From contig JASCQW010000130.1 in NCBI GenBank assembly GCA_030264375.1, positions 36,939,988 through 37,003,987 on the forward strand: a stretch of DNA of 64,000 nucleotides, read 5' to 3'. This document shows, piece by piece, positions 1-12,626 of the stretch (positions within the stretch are counted from its first letter, which is position 1; each line of letters begins with the position of its first letter). The notes beneath the pieces were generated by a model that did no database searches, had not been told where the DNA came from, and was given only the letters and a program-made list of their open reading frames with translations. A program made the position numbers and the translations under genes. Source of the stretch: Carcharhinus longimanus. Its lineage: Eukaryota.

Positions 1-627
1 TCTTATTGAATGGCGGGGCAGGCTCGAAGGGCCAGATGGCCTACTCCTGCTCCTATTTCTTATGTTCTTATGAAATGATGCCTCAAAAGCAAAAAAAGGA
101 TAAACTGCATTGGTTGGGGGGGGCGGGGCGAATGGTGGTGGTGCTGGGGTCAGGTGAGTGGGGCTCAGCAGAAGGGGTGGGTGCAGTGTGCAGGCAGTGC
201 CTTTTGATGGGGATGGACTTTGTCATCCAGGGGCTCTTCCATGGGTCATAAAGTGCCCAAAGAAAGGGCCGTCCTCCTCACCTCCTCAGACCCAGATAAA
301 AGACTGTAAAGTCTCATTGGATGATCTCCCCACATAGTGCCAGTTTCTTCTCATGGCCAGAATGCCTGCGAAGGTAGGAAGAGGAATTAATTGACCACTT
401 CTGTGGTTCAGTCGAGTTCCTAGCAGATGGTTGATCTGCAATTACCCCACCGGCGGAAGAATGCCACAGCAGCTGGAAGACATAAAGCAGCATTAACCCA
501 CCCTCTACCTCACGCCATTCTGCATCATTTTGTCAGTCTCCTTGTCCCCCAGCCCATTGCCAGTGGATTGATAAAATTCAAGTAGCATATATCTGTTTAT
601 ATCACTTAGTGTTCTTCTCCTTTTGAG

Positions 628-1015
628 AAACAGGCTTCCCTTTATGCAGCACCATCGGCTGAGGACAAACTAAAGTGTTCTGCAGTGAATGAACTATTTG
701 TGAAGTGCAGTGGCTATTATTGTTATGTAGGAAATTTAGCAGTTTTTTCTGTATGTGGCAAGGTTTTAGTGATAGTGGTTGAGGGATAAATACTAGTCAG
801 GACTCCAGGGAAACTCCCCTGCTCATCTTCGAATAGTGCCATGGAATATTTTACATCGACTTGGGAGGGCAGACACAACTCTGGTTTAAATCATCTTCCA
901 AAGGCAACACCTTTGGCTTTCTCAGTACTGAACTGGAGTGTTGGCCTAGATTGCATGCTCAAGCATCTAAAGTGATAGTTGAACCTACATCCTTCTTTCT
1001 CAGGGAGACCCACTG
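628..1015 (-). mobile_element. DeuSINE (SacSINE1/AmnSINE1-like) decayed copy
   Basis: Contains Deu-domain-like string gagggataaatact...aactcccctgctc..cttcgaatagtgccatgg...cagtactgaactggagtgttggcctagatt. Confidence 0.65.
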
Positions 1016-1332
1016 AGACAATGCTGACGTTTTGAAGGTTTGGTTTCTGCTGGACAGGAGGGTAAATTCCATGAACCAGGCACCCTCTTGCCCCTTGCCC
1101 AAGTGGTCAATTCTCACCTGTGCACCTGAACCATGAGTACTGACCCTCAACTGGGGAGAATCTGAGGAGGGTATCACAAATGTGTCTGATCTTCACCTCC
1201 CTGCTACACTGACGCGCATCCTAAATCAGCAAGGTGCCTGGGGACCAGTCAGTGAGGTTTCCCATCGTCCCAACCCTGAATCATCATTATAACGTCCCCA
1301 CTGGCACTACAGCTGAGGTCAGTTGGGATCAG

Positions 1333-1457
1333 GGACAGTTTTCCTGTTCTGCCCGCCACAGGAATTGAGGCCAGCAGGACAGGACCATGCAAAGGTCCGT
1401 TGACCTCAGGCGGGATTTTCCAATCTTGGGGAAAGCACAGCTGGAAAATCCCGCCCA
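1333..1457. mobile_element. Short non-autonomous TIR element (GGGC..ATTTTCC family)
   Basis: Ends gggacagttttcc ... ggaaaatcccgccc; internal gcaaaggtc.gttgacctcagg.gggattttcc shared with copies at ~3968-4096, 16277-16390 and ~56700-56824. Confidence 0.6.
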
Positions 1458-1754
1458 AGGATTCCTTCTGATCACTATTTCCCAGTAGGAAGAAAATGGA
1501 TCAATTAATTATGCGAGGGTTACTGAACCAAGGCAGGTAGATGGAGTTGAGATGTAGATCAGCAATGATTCAACTGCGTAATGGAAAAAGCCTGGGGGGC
1601 TGAATGGCCTCCTCATGTTTCTATTCCTATCTGAGCTATGGGAAGGAATGGTTGCATTCTCTGAAAGAGTAATTAGGTGTGCTCCATGAACACCAGCCCT
1701 AGTTAAGAACATTCAAGCGTATTGAAACACTGGAACCGCAGCAGAGTCTGTTAC

Positions 1755-1826
1755 CTGTTCGCCTTTCGATCCTGGGTCCCCAGGAACTCCATCAAGTCCA
1801 ATTGGTCCAGGCAATCCTGCAATTCC
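1755..1826 (-). CDS. COL7A1: Collagen Gly-X-Y exon (72 nt)
   Basis: gttcAG|GIAGLPGPIGLDGVPGDPGSKGEQ|GTAAC. Confidence 0.94.
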
Positions 1827-2033
1827 CTGAACAGGAAAACGAGCAACAAACAAACATTTACTCTCTCATGCGTGGCTCCCTTCCAAGTTGTCTGTATTTA
1901 CAAGCTGTATCCCTGATGGCAAGTCTTATCCCAGATCACCCTGTGGTCAAACAGTGACTCTTTTTATAACAATGTCAGAACACTGCCTTTCTCCATTCAC
2001 CATTGGGAAGGTCCTATAAAGTGTAATACTTAC

Positions 2034-2087
2034 AGGAGTTCCGGTATCTCCCTTGTCACCTTTAGGACCAGGTTTCCCACGTTGACC
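2034..2087 (-). CDS. COL7A1: Collagen Gly-X-Y exon (54 nt)
   Basis: ctacAG|GQRGKPGPKGDKGDTGTP|GTAAGT. Confidence 0.94.
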
Positions 2088-2499
2088 CTGTAGAAATATC
2101 ATGTTAATGGTCTGTTAATTATATTGTTTAAGATACACATGTGTAGGATTAATTGTTTAATTGAGTACTTAGAGCACTTATAATGCGTGACCGTTCCATG
2201 ACTGCTGGGATGCACCATTGGCCCCAAAACCACATTTCGATTGAGTTAGTTAAGTTTTCTTTGGAGTTTTGTTTTATGTTACAGTGCGCCTTAAAGTGGC
2301 TATCATTTCAACTGAATTTGTTAATGTGTCTTTTTGTTTATTGCAGTGCTTAAAAGGGCACTGTAACCAGAGGAGATGGTAGCATCACTGGACTTGTAAT
2401 AGAGACCCAGGCTAATGCCCAAGGGATTCACGTTCAAATCCCATCAGGGCAATTAGTGAAATTCAAATTCAATAATTTAAGAAGAGATCTCGAATATAA

Positions 2500-3175
2500 A
2501 GGTGCTTCATGCAGCATCCTGTACAACTGTAGACGAAGGTGATTCACGTACTCCCAGGCTGCCTGCATTCTCTGAGGCCTTGAGGAATCCATGTTCCATG
2601 TATCCATAAATTGTGAGAGGTTGCAGCCCCCTCTCAGTTTCCTGGAAGGGTTGCTTTTGAAGTTTTTGCCTTACTTCCAGCCCCATGCTCCTGATCTTTG
2701 TCCACCCAGTGTGGAGGGGAGTTAGAAGGGAGGGGGACCTCCTTGTTAGCCTGCTCTGGGGCCTAGCCAAGATGATCCTGGCCAAAGAAAACTTGCATTC
2801 CAATCACTATTCTGTAAATTGAGCTTGTGTCTTTATATGCCCTGTTTGTGAACAGAACTCCCACTCACCTGACGAAGAAGCAGTGCTCCAAAAGCTAGTG
2901 GCGTTTGCTACCAAATAAATCTGTTGGACTTTGACCTGGTGTTGTGAGTCTTTTTACTGTGTTTACCCCAGTCCAATGCTGGCATCTCCACATCAAAATG
3001 ATTATTAACAGGTCCAAGTAGTGGGCAGCTGAGGTGGTCATCTTGTCTGATTGTCTGTCTTTCTTCTACGTGCCCGGACTTTCCTGGAGGAGAGACTATG
3101 AGGTGCCACCAGTGCACTTGAGGCCTTCCGTGACCAATGGGCAGCACAGAGGCTGGAATGAATCATCAGCCCCTA
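2500..3175 (+). mobile_element. Tx1/L1-like LINE 3' fragment, interrupted by a Penelope-type terminus at ~2780-2995
   Basis: Frameshifted peptides resembling the Tx1 ORF2 C-terminus (Cys/His finger region, ...CERLQPL..., ...DLLVSLL.GLAKM..., ...LEAFRDQWA...). Confidence 0.55.
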
Positions 3176-5024
3176 AAAGCACACTTTGATTTAGTTAAAT
3201 TAGTTTCCTTTAAAGTCTTGACTTTGCAGTTCCCTTTTAAGGGTTGTCACTTCAGTTAATTTGCCCTATTTATTTAATTATTGTACTCAAAAGAAAACAG
3301 AGATGACTGGAATGTTGGGGGGTGGTGGGTATTAGGAATGCAGCAGGCATACATAATACCTCATTCTCTAAGTTTCAATTTTTTTAGCATTTGCTGTAAT
3401 CACCAAGCCAGGCAACATATTCTTCAGTAGATAAATGGAGCTCTGAACCCAGCGCTCAGTTTTACCAGCAGGCAGTCTTCAATGATGTCTGTAATTGATT
3501 GCTGTGTCCCACAGCAGCAGTCTGGGTTCCTTCAAGGCCCCCCTCATGTCAATTTACTGCATAAAGGCCTCGGCCAGTGCAGAAATGATTAAGGAGAGGA
3601 AGATAGAAGCCAGGTCAGTGGGCTTTGGAATCTGTAATAAGGAAGTGATTTTCAATGGTGGCATGTTACTTCCATTGAGCCTCTGCTGTTATTCCTAGGC
3701 ACAGGGATCTTACCCATACAGGCTGGCATGCTGGGTGGTGAGCAGCAGGTGGACTGGTAAGGTCCTTGTGTAGGGGCAGGCTTGGGTAGGTATAAACTTC
3801 TCCAGGATCTTGCTTGCTGCAATCTCTCTCCTTACATGAGGGGAGGGATGTTGCTCAGGACTGGGAGCCAGGAAAGTTGAATTGATTGGAGGGTATCAGA
3901 GTTGATACACAGTGATGTGTTGAGCTGGGAAATCTGTAAATTAACTCTAATATCAAACAAGGTACAAGGACAGAACTTTCCCATTCCCCCTTCCAAGGGA
4001 ATTGTAGCGGGCGGGATGTGGACCCTTGCAAAGGTCTGCTATCCTCAGGCCGGATTTTCCAGTCCTGGGGTGAGCACGGCTGGAAAATCCTGTCCTGGTG
4101 TTTCATCCTTCTTGAAACTGGTTTGGAATCAATGATCACAAGACATTCAATATTGCCATTTAAAATATTCACATTTTGTGAGAAATCTGAAAACAGTAGA
4201 CTTGAGAACTGCAAATTTAGTAAGTCATAGATGTACTTAAGGAATGTCCAGGATAGGAAAAGCCTATCAGTGCATCAATACCCACCAGTCGAGTGCATTA
4301 ACTTTCCCACATACCATCATACTGCATGTTAATAAATTGTTTTAAGAATTTTCCTGCAAAAAAAAAACCTCAATGCTTTGTCTCTGTTTTATGTTATTTG
4401 GTCGATTATTCCAATTCGGTAAGTACTCTTTGAGTAAGTAAGTTCTTCTTGAAATCAGGTTTTAAATTATTTATTAGTAAATTCAACTTTTATCTTCTGA
4501 CCACACACTTTGCATCCTTGAAAGCCCATGTTGCATCGTCTCACCAAAACACGGGTTTGGCAAACATTTTAAGTACAAAATAAGATAAACATCTGCTTGG
4601 CTCAGATTGATAAGGATCAGATATTAATTCATGGACTTGAGAATCCCTTAAAGTAAGGCTCGTTACTATTTATTTCCAGACAGAAAAAAGTTCAAAAAAG
4701 ACCTCGGGAAGTTTTGTTCCCTCCATCATCATGGATGAGATATTACCAAGTGGGCAATTTTAACTTAACCTGCCCAGTGGGAAACAGGTTAAGCTTTGGA
4801 TTGCCCACCCATTTTAAATTGGGTTTATCGATTTCATTGGAAAATAAGGTTGGGCAAGGGGTAAAATGAGTGGCTATTCTGATCCTATATTCACTACCCA
4901 GCTGAGACTAAAATTACTCTCCTAGAGACCAAGCCTCACCAAGCCTTCTCTGGCATTCCCGAACAGCCATTTCTACGCAGGGCCATCCCAAGAGAAGACT
5001 GACTCAGTCAATAGTATGAAAAAT

Positions 5025-5345
5025 CATAGAATCATCGAATCCCCATAGTGCAGAATGAGGCCATTCGGCCTATTGAGTCTGAACTGACCGTCTGATAGAG
5101 CATCCTGCCCAGGCCTTAGTTCCATGTATTTGCCCTGCTAACCCTCCTAACCTAAGGGACAATTTGGCATAGCCAATCCACCTAACCCGCACATCTTTGG
5201 GCTGTGGGAGAAAACCAAACATCTGGAGAAAACCCACACTGAGATGGGGAGAAAGTGCAAACTCCACACAGACAGTGACCCAAGGCTAGACTTGAACCCA
5301 GTTCCTCGGCGCAATGAGGCAGCAGTGCTAATCACTGGGCACAAT
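5025..5345 (-). mobile_element. V-SINE (HE1-like), tRNA-derived head and CR1-type tail
   Basis: Reverse complement has a tRNA-like head, V-domain (tctgtgtggagtttgcac.ttctcccc...ccaaagatgtgc.ggttaggtggattggc) and tail ...tgcactatggggattc.atgattct. Confidence 0.8.
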
Positions 5346-5602
5346 GATCAGGACTGGGAGGAAAAATAAATGACTTACAAAATTAAACTTAAAATAAAGC
5401 TGATGAAGTGTAAAGTTTTCAGTTAGTCAGGAAAGACAGTCATCTCGGTGCTGATTTTCATGACCAATAACTCGCAGATTTCTCGTTTGTATTTCAGATG
5501 ACTATTTTATGAACATTAACAGCAGGTTTCATCACCATAGAGAAGTCATAGCAATGTTTTCAATGAAACTAAACAGCAAAGATAAAATCAGTAATCACTT
5601 AC

Positions 5603-5629
5603 CCGAGCACCTGAAGCTCCTTGCTCGCC
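5603..5629 (-). CDS. COL7A1: Collagen Gly-X-Y exon (27 nt)
   Basis: tttacAG|GEQGASGAR|GTAAGT. Confidence 0.88.
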
Positions 5630-7849
5630 CTGTAAAATACAATTGACAGTTTAGGGGATACATGTTGAAGGATGTTGGATATTGAATGGTGGAGTGGATG
5701 AGCAAAGTGGTTCCATCTTCTGGGATCTGATCAGGAGTAGACTGACACCCCTGAAAAGGCACAGAATTCTTAGTGATTTTCATGAGGGCGATTTAGGGAT
5801 GATAGGGAGAGGACAGTGGATAGTGTCCAGAAGGAAAAAGCAGTAACAATGGGGAAATAAGAATACTGGTCAAAACTGGGCTTATATATCTTAAAATGGA
5901 ACATTAGTAAAACTGTGAAATAAGAATACTGGTCTGAACTGTTTTTCCCTTCTCGATGTTGATAACACTGCACTATGGAAACCTTCAAGGAGGAACTTGG
6001 GACATCCCCTGATACCCTATGTGGTCAGTGGACCTCTAGACCCAGGTCACATTGATGAGATAAAAGATCCCTCTCCTCAGGCACAGGGACCCTATGCATA
6101 ATGAGACTACTGCTACTTTAACCTACAGTTGTGGGGTCCACCTCATGAAGCTGCTATTTAATAACATTAAGTCAGAAAGTTCAGCCATTAAGATCATATG
6201 GCAGGAAAGTAGGATCATATGTAGAAGGAGGCCATTTGGCCCATTGTAGCTATGCTTGCTGTCGGAGCAGAATTTTTCAGATGGGAAAGTTTTCTAACAG
6301 ATCATGGTTGCCCCGCAGCCATTTAACTTGCCATGGAACATTATGTGGCTGGAGGCGAAATTCCACTCCTCTCAGAGAGGATGTCCCACCTCAGGGAGCT
6401 GGTGACCAATCCTATTTTCTGGCAGTTCTGTAGAGCCAGCAGGGGCTGTGAACACTAATAGGACTACAAGCAGAACAACCAGTCTGAGTTCCAGAGCCCA
6501 TAGCACCAGGTAGGTTTCACAAAGGGATGGGAGGGGTGCCTCCAGGCTTGAGGGGAAAGAGGAGATGGGTCCTGAGGTCAAGGCCAGATGGGAGGGGGAG
6601 CAGTCAGGGATGGGGTGGGATAATGGAGGAAGGGAAGGCTTTAATGGAGGCACCTGATATAGAAACAGGGCCAGTGATGGATGTGCCACTCACACCTCTC
6701 TCACTCAAGGCCCGACTAGGGTGACTGCTTCCCCTGATCTCTGTCCACTTTTCTCAAGCGTGAGGCCGGGCAAGTAGTGGCCCTAAAGTGGCCAATAACT
6801 GACCATTTAAGGGCCTCAATTGGGGTAAGCATAGGTGGCAACCCTGGGCATCACCCACCCCTTGCCTCATAAAGTTGCAGAGAGGCTGGAGCAAGCAGGT
6901 AAGTGACCGAAAGGCTACTTGGAGAAATTATTGGGGCTCTCACCTGCAAATCCACTGGCAGGGTTCTGTAAAATTGTGCCTTTGATGAAGATATTGAGTG
7001 AGTCTGACCCCTGCTCTTTCCCTGTATCACCGCAAATTTCCCCCATCAAGTATTTATACAGTGTGGAATTTTCTCTTTTTGACACTGCGTCAAATCAGGC
7101 AGGGAAAGCAGGGTGCAGGCTGTCAGCCGCACTGAAGGTTTTTCCCACCACACATTGTTGAAAATAATCCTGGAGCCAGTTCCCATGATGTCACACCTTT
7201 CAGGCTTGCCCCGTCAGTAAGTGTTCCCTCATCTGAAATCAGTAGAAATAAAAATCAGAAGACAAATACCCCTTGGAATTCCCACCCCTTGGTGGATTCC
7301 CACCACCTCCACCATCCAGCTCCATCCCCCCCCCAGGGACCCCTTACCCCAAACTCCATACTGTTGGTGGGGGGGAGGGGGGGTGGAATCTGTACGTAGG
7401 GGGATATTACAGCAGGAAGCCTGCCAATGATATTTAAATGTATGGTCGTGGGATTCCCAACCTTTCATGTGGGAATCCCATTATGTCATTGGTGGGGGGT
7501 GGGAACAATCAAGTAGGGAAATCCCATGGCATGGGAGTCATTTTGGGTTTCCTGCTCAATTTTCTGCCTCTGCCACCATTCCCGTTCACCAAAAATGGGG
7601 GCGGAAAGTCGCCCCACAATTTTCTTTTGAAAATTACCATTGAATCTGCTTCAAGCAGTGCATACCCAATCATAACAACTCACATCATTAAATAAATTCT
7701 CCTCCCCCAGTTCATTTGCCAATTACCATACCCCACTAATATCTCACTCCTGAGGTGAATATTCATGCTGATTGCTAAGAAAAGTTTGGGCAGGGAAAGC
7801 AGTCGTAAATTAGTTTTGCAGAAAATTTGAGATTTTAATATCAAGGGTC

Positions 7850-8165
7850 CTGAGACAACGCCTTCCAAAGCCGTGACCACTACCATCTAGAAGGACAAGG
7901 GCAGAAGATGCATGGGAACACCATCACCTGGAGTTTCTCCTCTAAGCCACACACCATCCTGACTTGGAAATATATCATTATTTCTTCAGTATTGCTGGGT
8001 CCAAATCCTGGAATTCTCTCCCTAACAGCAATATGGGTGTACCTACACAACATAGACTGAGCGGTTCAAGAAGATAGCTCACCACCACCTTCTCAAAGGG
8101 CAATTAGGGTGGGCAATGAATGTTGACCTAGCCAACGATGCCCACACCATATAAATGAATTAAAA
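7850..8165 (+). repeat. Abundant dispersed repeat (LINE 3'-tail type: ccaccaccttctcaagggcaattaggg)
   Basis: Same motif recurs at ~10010-10150, 11370-11570, 18690-18790, 22660-22870 and 25665-25935. Confidence 0.7.
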
Positions 8166-8919
8166 CAAAACAAATCCACTTGCATTAATTCACAGAAATC
8201 TTGAAAACAATATTTTTGAAAGGACAAACCCTCTATTATTGTAATAGGCTGGTCACTTCTCATATGTTGTTGCTGATTAACCTCTTGGATTCTGTCCTGA
8301 CTGGAGGCTCGAGAAACAGCACCTCATCTTTTGAGTTAGTATATTACAGTCTTCCAGATTCAACAATCTCAGATTATAACAATTGCTCACATTTTTTCAG
8401 AAGGCAGTTACTGATAAAGCTTCTTGACTTTGTGCTCACTGTACATCAGGTAACAACATGTCTGCTGCCCACTTTACATTTCTGCTCAATGGATTCAATA
8501 AAAGTAAAAACACAGGCAGGTGGGAATGCAGGCAGACAATGTGCTGCCACCCTCAGTACACTATTGCACAAAGTCAAAATCCAGCCCAATGAAGTGACAG
8601 CTGGCTGGTTGTGTTCAGTATTGGTCGGAGTCGTTCACAGCTTTTATTGAGCACGGTCAACTGCAGAGTGAGAACTCTACCATAGCTCTGATAGATGAAC
8701 CCTTTAGCAAAATTCAAACCATTAAAGGAAGTAAAATTGTATTTGCACTGACTATTCAATTAGTCAGTTTAAAGAGATTGCTTGCCTTGACCCATCGATT
8801 GAGTGGCACAGTCCACTATTATAGATAACATTTCGGAGAAAACTCCTAAAAGGGCTTTAAAAAAGTGTTTTTTATTTTTTTTATTTCAATACTTTCAATT
8901 ATTACTTACAAAATATAAA

Positions 8920-9372
8920 ATATAGCAGGATTGTTATATGAGGAGATATTGGGTTGACTGGGCTCGTTTTCACTCGAATCTACATGATCATTGAAATTCT
9001 AAACAGGGTTACACAGACTGGATGCAGGGATTTTGCTTTCTCTGATTATTGGTGAGTGGAGGGGAGGGTCTAGAACAATGAGTCACAGTCTCAGAATAAG
9101 GGATAGGCCATTTAGGACTGAGATGAGGAGAAACATCTTCACTCAGAGGGTAGTGAATCTGTGAAACTCTCTACTACAGAAACTGTGGAGGCCGTTTACT
9201 GAAGATACTTAAAGAAATAGATAGATTTGCAGACTTTAAAGGCATCGAGGTACGGGGAAAGCACAGTAATGTGGTGTTGAGATAGATGATCAGCTATGAT
9301 CTTGTCAATTGGCAGAGCAGGCTCAAAGGGCTGAATGGCCTATTGCTGCTCCTATGTTCTATGTTTCTATAT
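8920..9372 (+). mobile_element. CR1-like LINE 3' fragment
   Basis: FRTEMRRNIFTQRVVNL-type ORF2 C-terminus and ...gaatggcct...ctcctatgttctatg tail. Confidence 0.75.
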
Positions 9373-9561
9373 CTTTTGGATATGAGGTAAAAGTTTGTTT
9401 GCCTGTGGTGAACAATCATCCAAGAAGATTCATTTGACAACATCTTCCAAACCTGTGACCTCTACCAGCTGGAAGCACAAGGGCAGCAGGTGCATGGGAC
9501 ACCACCATCTCCAACATCTGCTCCAAATCACACACAACTGACCTGGAGCTGTATCGCCATT

Positions 9562-10001
9562 TGAAGGCCATTTACCAGGCTGGTTCCTGGGATGGCAGGT
9601 CTGTCATATGAGGACAGATAAAGTCAGTTAGGATTGTATTCATTGGAGTTTAGAAGAGTGAGAGGGGATCTCATAGAAACTTATAAAATTCTAACAGGGT
9701 TAGNNNNNNNNNNNNNNNNNNNNNNNNNNNNNNNNNNNNNNNNNNNNNNNNNNNNNNNNNNNNNNNNGTCAGCCTTTAGAACTGAGGCAAGGAGAAATTT
9801 CTTCACCCAGAGAATGGAGAATCTGTGGAATTCACTATCACGGAATGTAGTTGAGGCCAAAATGTGGTGTGATTTCAAGAAGAAATTAGATATAGGTCTT
9901 GGAGCTAAAGGGATCGAAGGATATGGAGGGGGAGGGAGGGGGAAGAGGTCAGATCAGGATATTGATTTTGATAATCAGCCATGATCAAAATGAATGGTGG
10001 G
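9562..10001 (+). mobile_element. CR1-like LINE 3' fragment (contains N gap)
   Basis: ORF 9634..9984: LYSLEFRRVRGDLIETYKIL...FRTEARRNFFTQR..NLWNSL. Confidence 0.85.
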
Positions 10002-10356
10002 ACAGGTTCCTTCATTGTCACAGGGTCAAAATCCTTCAACTGCCTCCCAATCAGCACTGTGGGTGTACGACACCCCACAGGCTGGAGCAGTTCAAAAAGG
10101 TCATGCACCAGCCACCTTTTCCAGAGCAATTAGGATTGTGCAACAAATGCAACACCTTCATCCTGTGATAAGAGTCTTAACTTTCCAATTACCACTGGAA
10201 AGCAGTGCAATGTGAGGGTAGAGGTGTTGTAAAACAAGGGGCTAGGCTGAGAACTCAAGCAACAAAACTTCCAGGAATATCGCCAACCAGAGCTGGCAAC
10301 ACCAAACATACAGTACATAAACATTCAGAATGATATTATTTTGCACAGTTACTGAC

Positions 10357-10452
10357 CTTGATAGAGAGGCCTGGTTGTCCCTGAGGCCCTGGCTGTCCTG
10401 GAAGCCCCGGTGGACCTGCTACCCCTGGAAATCCTGGCTCACCACTTGGACC
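10357..10452 (-). CDS. COL7A1: Collagen Gly-X-Y exon (96 nt)
   Basis: gtttAG|GPSGEPGFPGVAGPPGLPGQPGPQGQPGLSIK|GTCAGT; ends in a short imperfection like collagen VII GTAMK. Confidence 0.94.
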
Positions 10453-10589
10453 CTAAACATAAAAGTTGCTTTAGCAGTGAAGGCAAATTCTCACGAAAGT
10501 GGAAGAGTCACCAGCGGATATGCTGCAGATTTTAGATGAGGATGAGAAAGTTAGCAGTGTACAAATCAGTGTCTGCAGCTTCTCTGAAA

Positions 10590-10732
10590 TGAAAGCAAAA
10601 TACCGCAGATACCAGAACTCTGAAATAAAAACAGAAAATGCTGAAAAGGCCCAGCAGGTCTGGCAGCATCTGCAGAGATAGAAACAGAATTAACGTTTCG
10701 AGTCCAATATGACTCCTCTTCAGAACTGTTTC
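10590..10732 (-). mobile_element. Penelope-like element terminal repeat fragment
   Basis: Matches the terminus flanking the GIY-YIG fragment at 55388-56422 (aaagcaaaatac.gc.gat.c..gaa.tctgaaa.aaaaacagaaaatg). Confidence 0.7.
10681..10732 (-). ncRNA. Minimal hammerhead ribozyme motif (Penelope-associated)
   Basis: Minus strand: gaaacag-tt-CTGAAGA-g-gagtc(atattg)gactc-GAAA-cgtta-att-ctgtttc. Intact CUGANGA and GAAA core, 5-bp stem II, 7-bp stem I complement, rudimentary stem III. Confidence 0.55.
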
Positions 10733-10926
10733 AATTTTGAAGCAACTGTAATCACCGCTCTGTTTAGAACAATCCACCAAATATATTTCTCCCTTGGGTA
10801 ACTTTATCTCACCAGCGGCAGGCAGAGAAAATCATTACCATATTTAATAATCACCAAAGTAATCAATTAAAAAATCCTCATCAAGCAGAGCTTTGACTTA
10901 ACTTTTGTGCTTTAACCAAAACTTAC

Positions 10927-10986
10927 TGGAGATCCAGGTTCCCCTCTCCGTCCAGGGATGATGTCGGTTCCTCCCAAAACATATCC
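10927..10986 (-). CDS. COL7A1: Collagen exon with interruption; acceptor side lost in N gap
   Basis: N...GYVLGGTDIIPGRRGEPGSP|GTAAGT; resembles collagen VII GQVIGGEGPGLPGRKGDPG; 5' end abuts gap 10987-11064. Confidence 0.88.
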
Positions 10987-12054
10987 NNNNNNNNNNNNNN
11001 NNNNNNNNNNNNNNNNNNNNNNNNNNNNNNNNNNNNNNNNNNNNNNNNNNNNNNNNNNNNNNNNTTTGGACGCCCACTGGAGTGTGACTGAGTTCAGTTC
11101 TGGAATGAGTTCCCCACTCCCGCCCCCCCACCACATTTCAAGGTGAATAACTCTTATGCCCTCCTGATCTTGTTGCTGTACCCCACCCCCTACAAGCAGC
11201 AGAAAATATAGGAAAGGGGGAGGCCATTCAGCCCTTTGGTCCTTTTCCACCGTTCAGTTAAATCATGGCTGGTCTGTGCCTCAACTTTATTTACCTCCCT
11301 TAGCTCCAAATCCCTTGATCCACTTACTCAACAATAACCTGTTGATCTCAGTCTTGAAGCTGAACCATCTAGAAGATGCACTTCAACAACTTGCCAATCC
11401 TTTGTCAGTGTTGCTGGATCAAAAACCTGAACTTGCTCTGTAATAGCAGTGTGCGTGTACCACACATCACGTGGACTGTAGCAGTTCAAGAAGGTAGCTC
11501 ACCACCACCTTTCCAAGGGCAATTAGGGCTGGACAACAAATGGTGGCTTTGCCAGCAATGCTCGCGTTCCATGTCCCACAGCGTCCACAGCCTTTATGAG
11601 TTGAAAATTCCAGTTTTCTACTGATTGAACTGGTCTGTCCTATTGGATGTCATGTTGCTTTGTGTTGCATGACTAGAACGAATATTAGAATGTATCAAAT
11701 AATCACTAATAGCAGTGGTGAACTAAAGATGCACTTTCACAGACTTCATTAGTGAACACAAAAGATATTTATTAATAAAAATTGTACAGCAGCCTCATGG
11801 CTGTAGCTAGCTCCCAAAATGTCTCTGCCTAGGTGCCTTTCCCAACATAGGGTGATTCCACACTCTGAGTCCCAGTTGGCCATGTGATCCCTACTCTGCT
11901 GTTTTGCACTAAGGCGAGTTAATCATAGATTTATACAGCACAGAAGGAAGGCTTTGGGCTTAAGGTGTCTGCACTGACTCTTTGAGCTATCCAAATATAA
12001 GAACATAAGAACATAAGAAATAGGAGCAGGAGTAGGCCATCAATGCTCTCTCTA

Positions 12055-12270
12055 GCTAGCTGATAGAAGACAGAGGGTGGTGGTTGATGAAAACCTGGAA
12101 TTCAGTTACAAGTGGTGTACCTCAGGGATCTGTTTTGGGGCCACTGTTGTTGGTCATTTTTATAAATGACCTAGATGAGAGTGTAGAAGGATAGATTAGT
12201 AAATTTGCTGATGACACCAAAGTCGGAGGAGTTGTAGACAGTGAGGATGGATGTTACAGTTTGCAGAGGG
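12055..12270 (+). mobile_element. CR1-like LINE RT fragment running into N gap
   Basis: [22 protein letters not shown]...ISKFADDTKVGG motif. Confidence 0.85.
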
Positions 12271-12581
12271 NNNNNNNNNNNNNNNNNNNNNNNNNNNNNN
12301 NNNNNNNNNNNNNNNNNNNNNNNNNNNNNNNNNNNNNNNNNNNNNNNNNNNNNNNNNNNNNNNNNNNNNNAAAGCTAGTGAATTTACTATCAAATAAATC
12401 GGTTGGACTGAAACCTGGTGTTGTCAGACTTTTTACTGTGTTTACCCACTCTCCTGCAGTGGAGACAATTTCTAATCTTGTTATCCTTAGAGGAACTGAC
12501 TTTCCATTATAGTTTCTGTAAATTATTGCTTTTTTCCCATCAGCCCACCAGGTATAATAATCTGTGAAAGACTGTACTCAC

Positions 12582-12626
12582 CCTGTCACCTTTGGGACCT
12601 GGAGGTCCTTTAAATCCTTGCAGCCC
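12582..12626 (-). CDS. COL7A1: Collagen Gly-X-Y exon (45 nt)
   Basis: ccttAG|GLQGFKGPPGPKGDR|GTGAGT. Confidence 0.93.

Noticed and set aside
5640-5752. Possible extra exon after tttcAG (GCQSTPDQIPEDG...)
   Set aside because: No Gly-X-Y pattern, no convincing donor, and the flanking exons join in register without it.
5840-5942. Short direct repeat gaaataagaatactggtc x2; similar small repeats at 17400-17462 and 61510-61580
   Set aside because: Two or three copies only, no regular spacer structure; ordinary local slippage or duplication, not CRISPR-like.
11716-11925. Possible LTR-like segment
   Set aside because: Termini and TSD could not be defined from the sequence.
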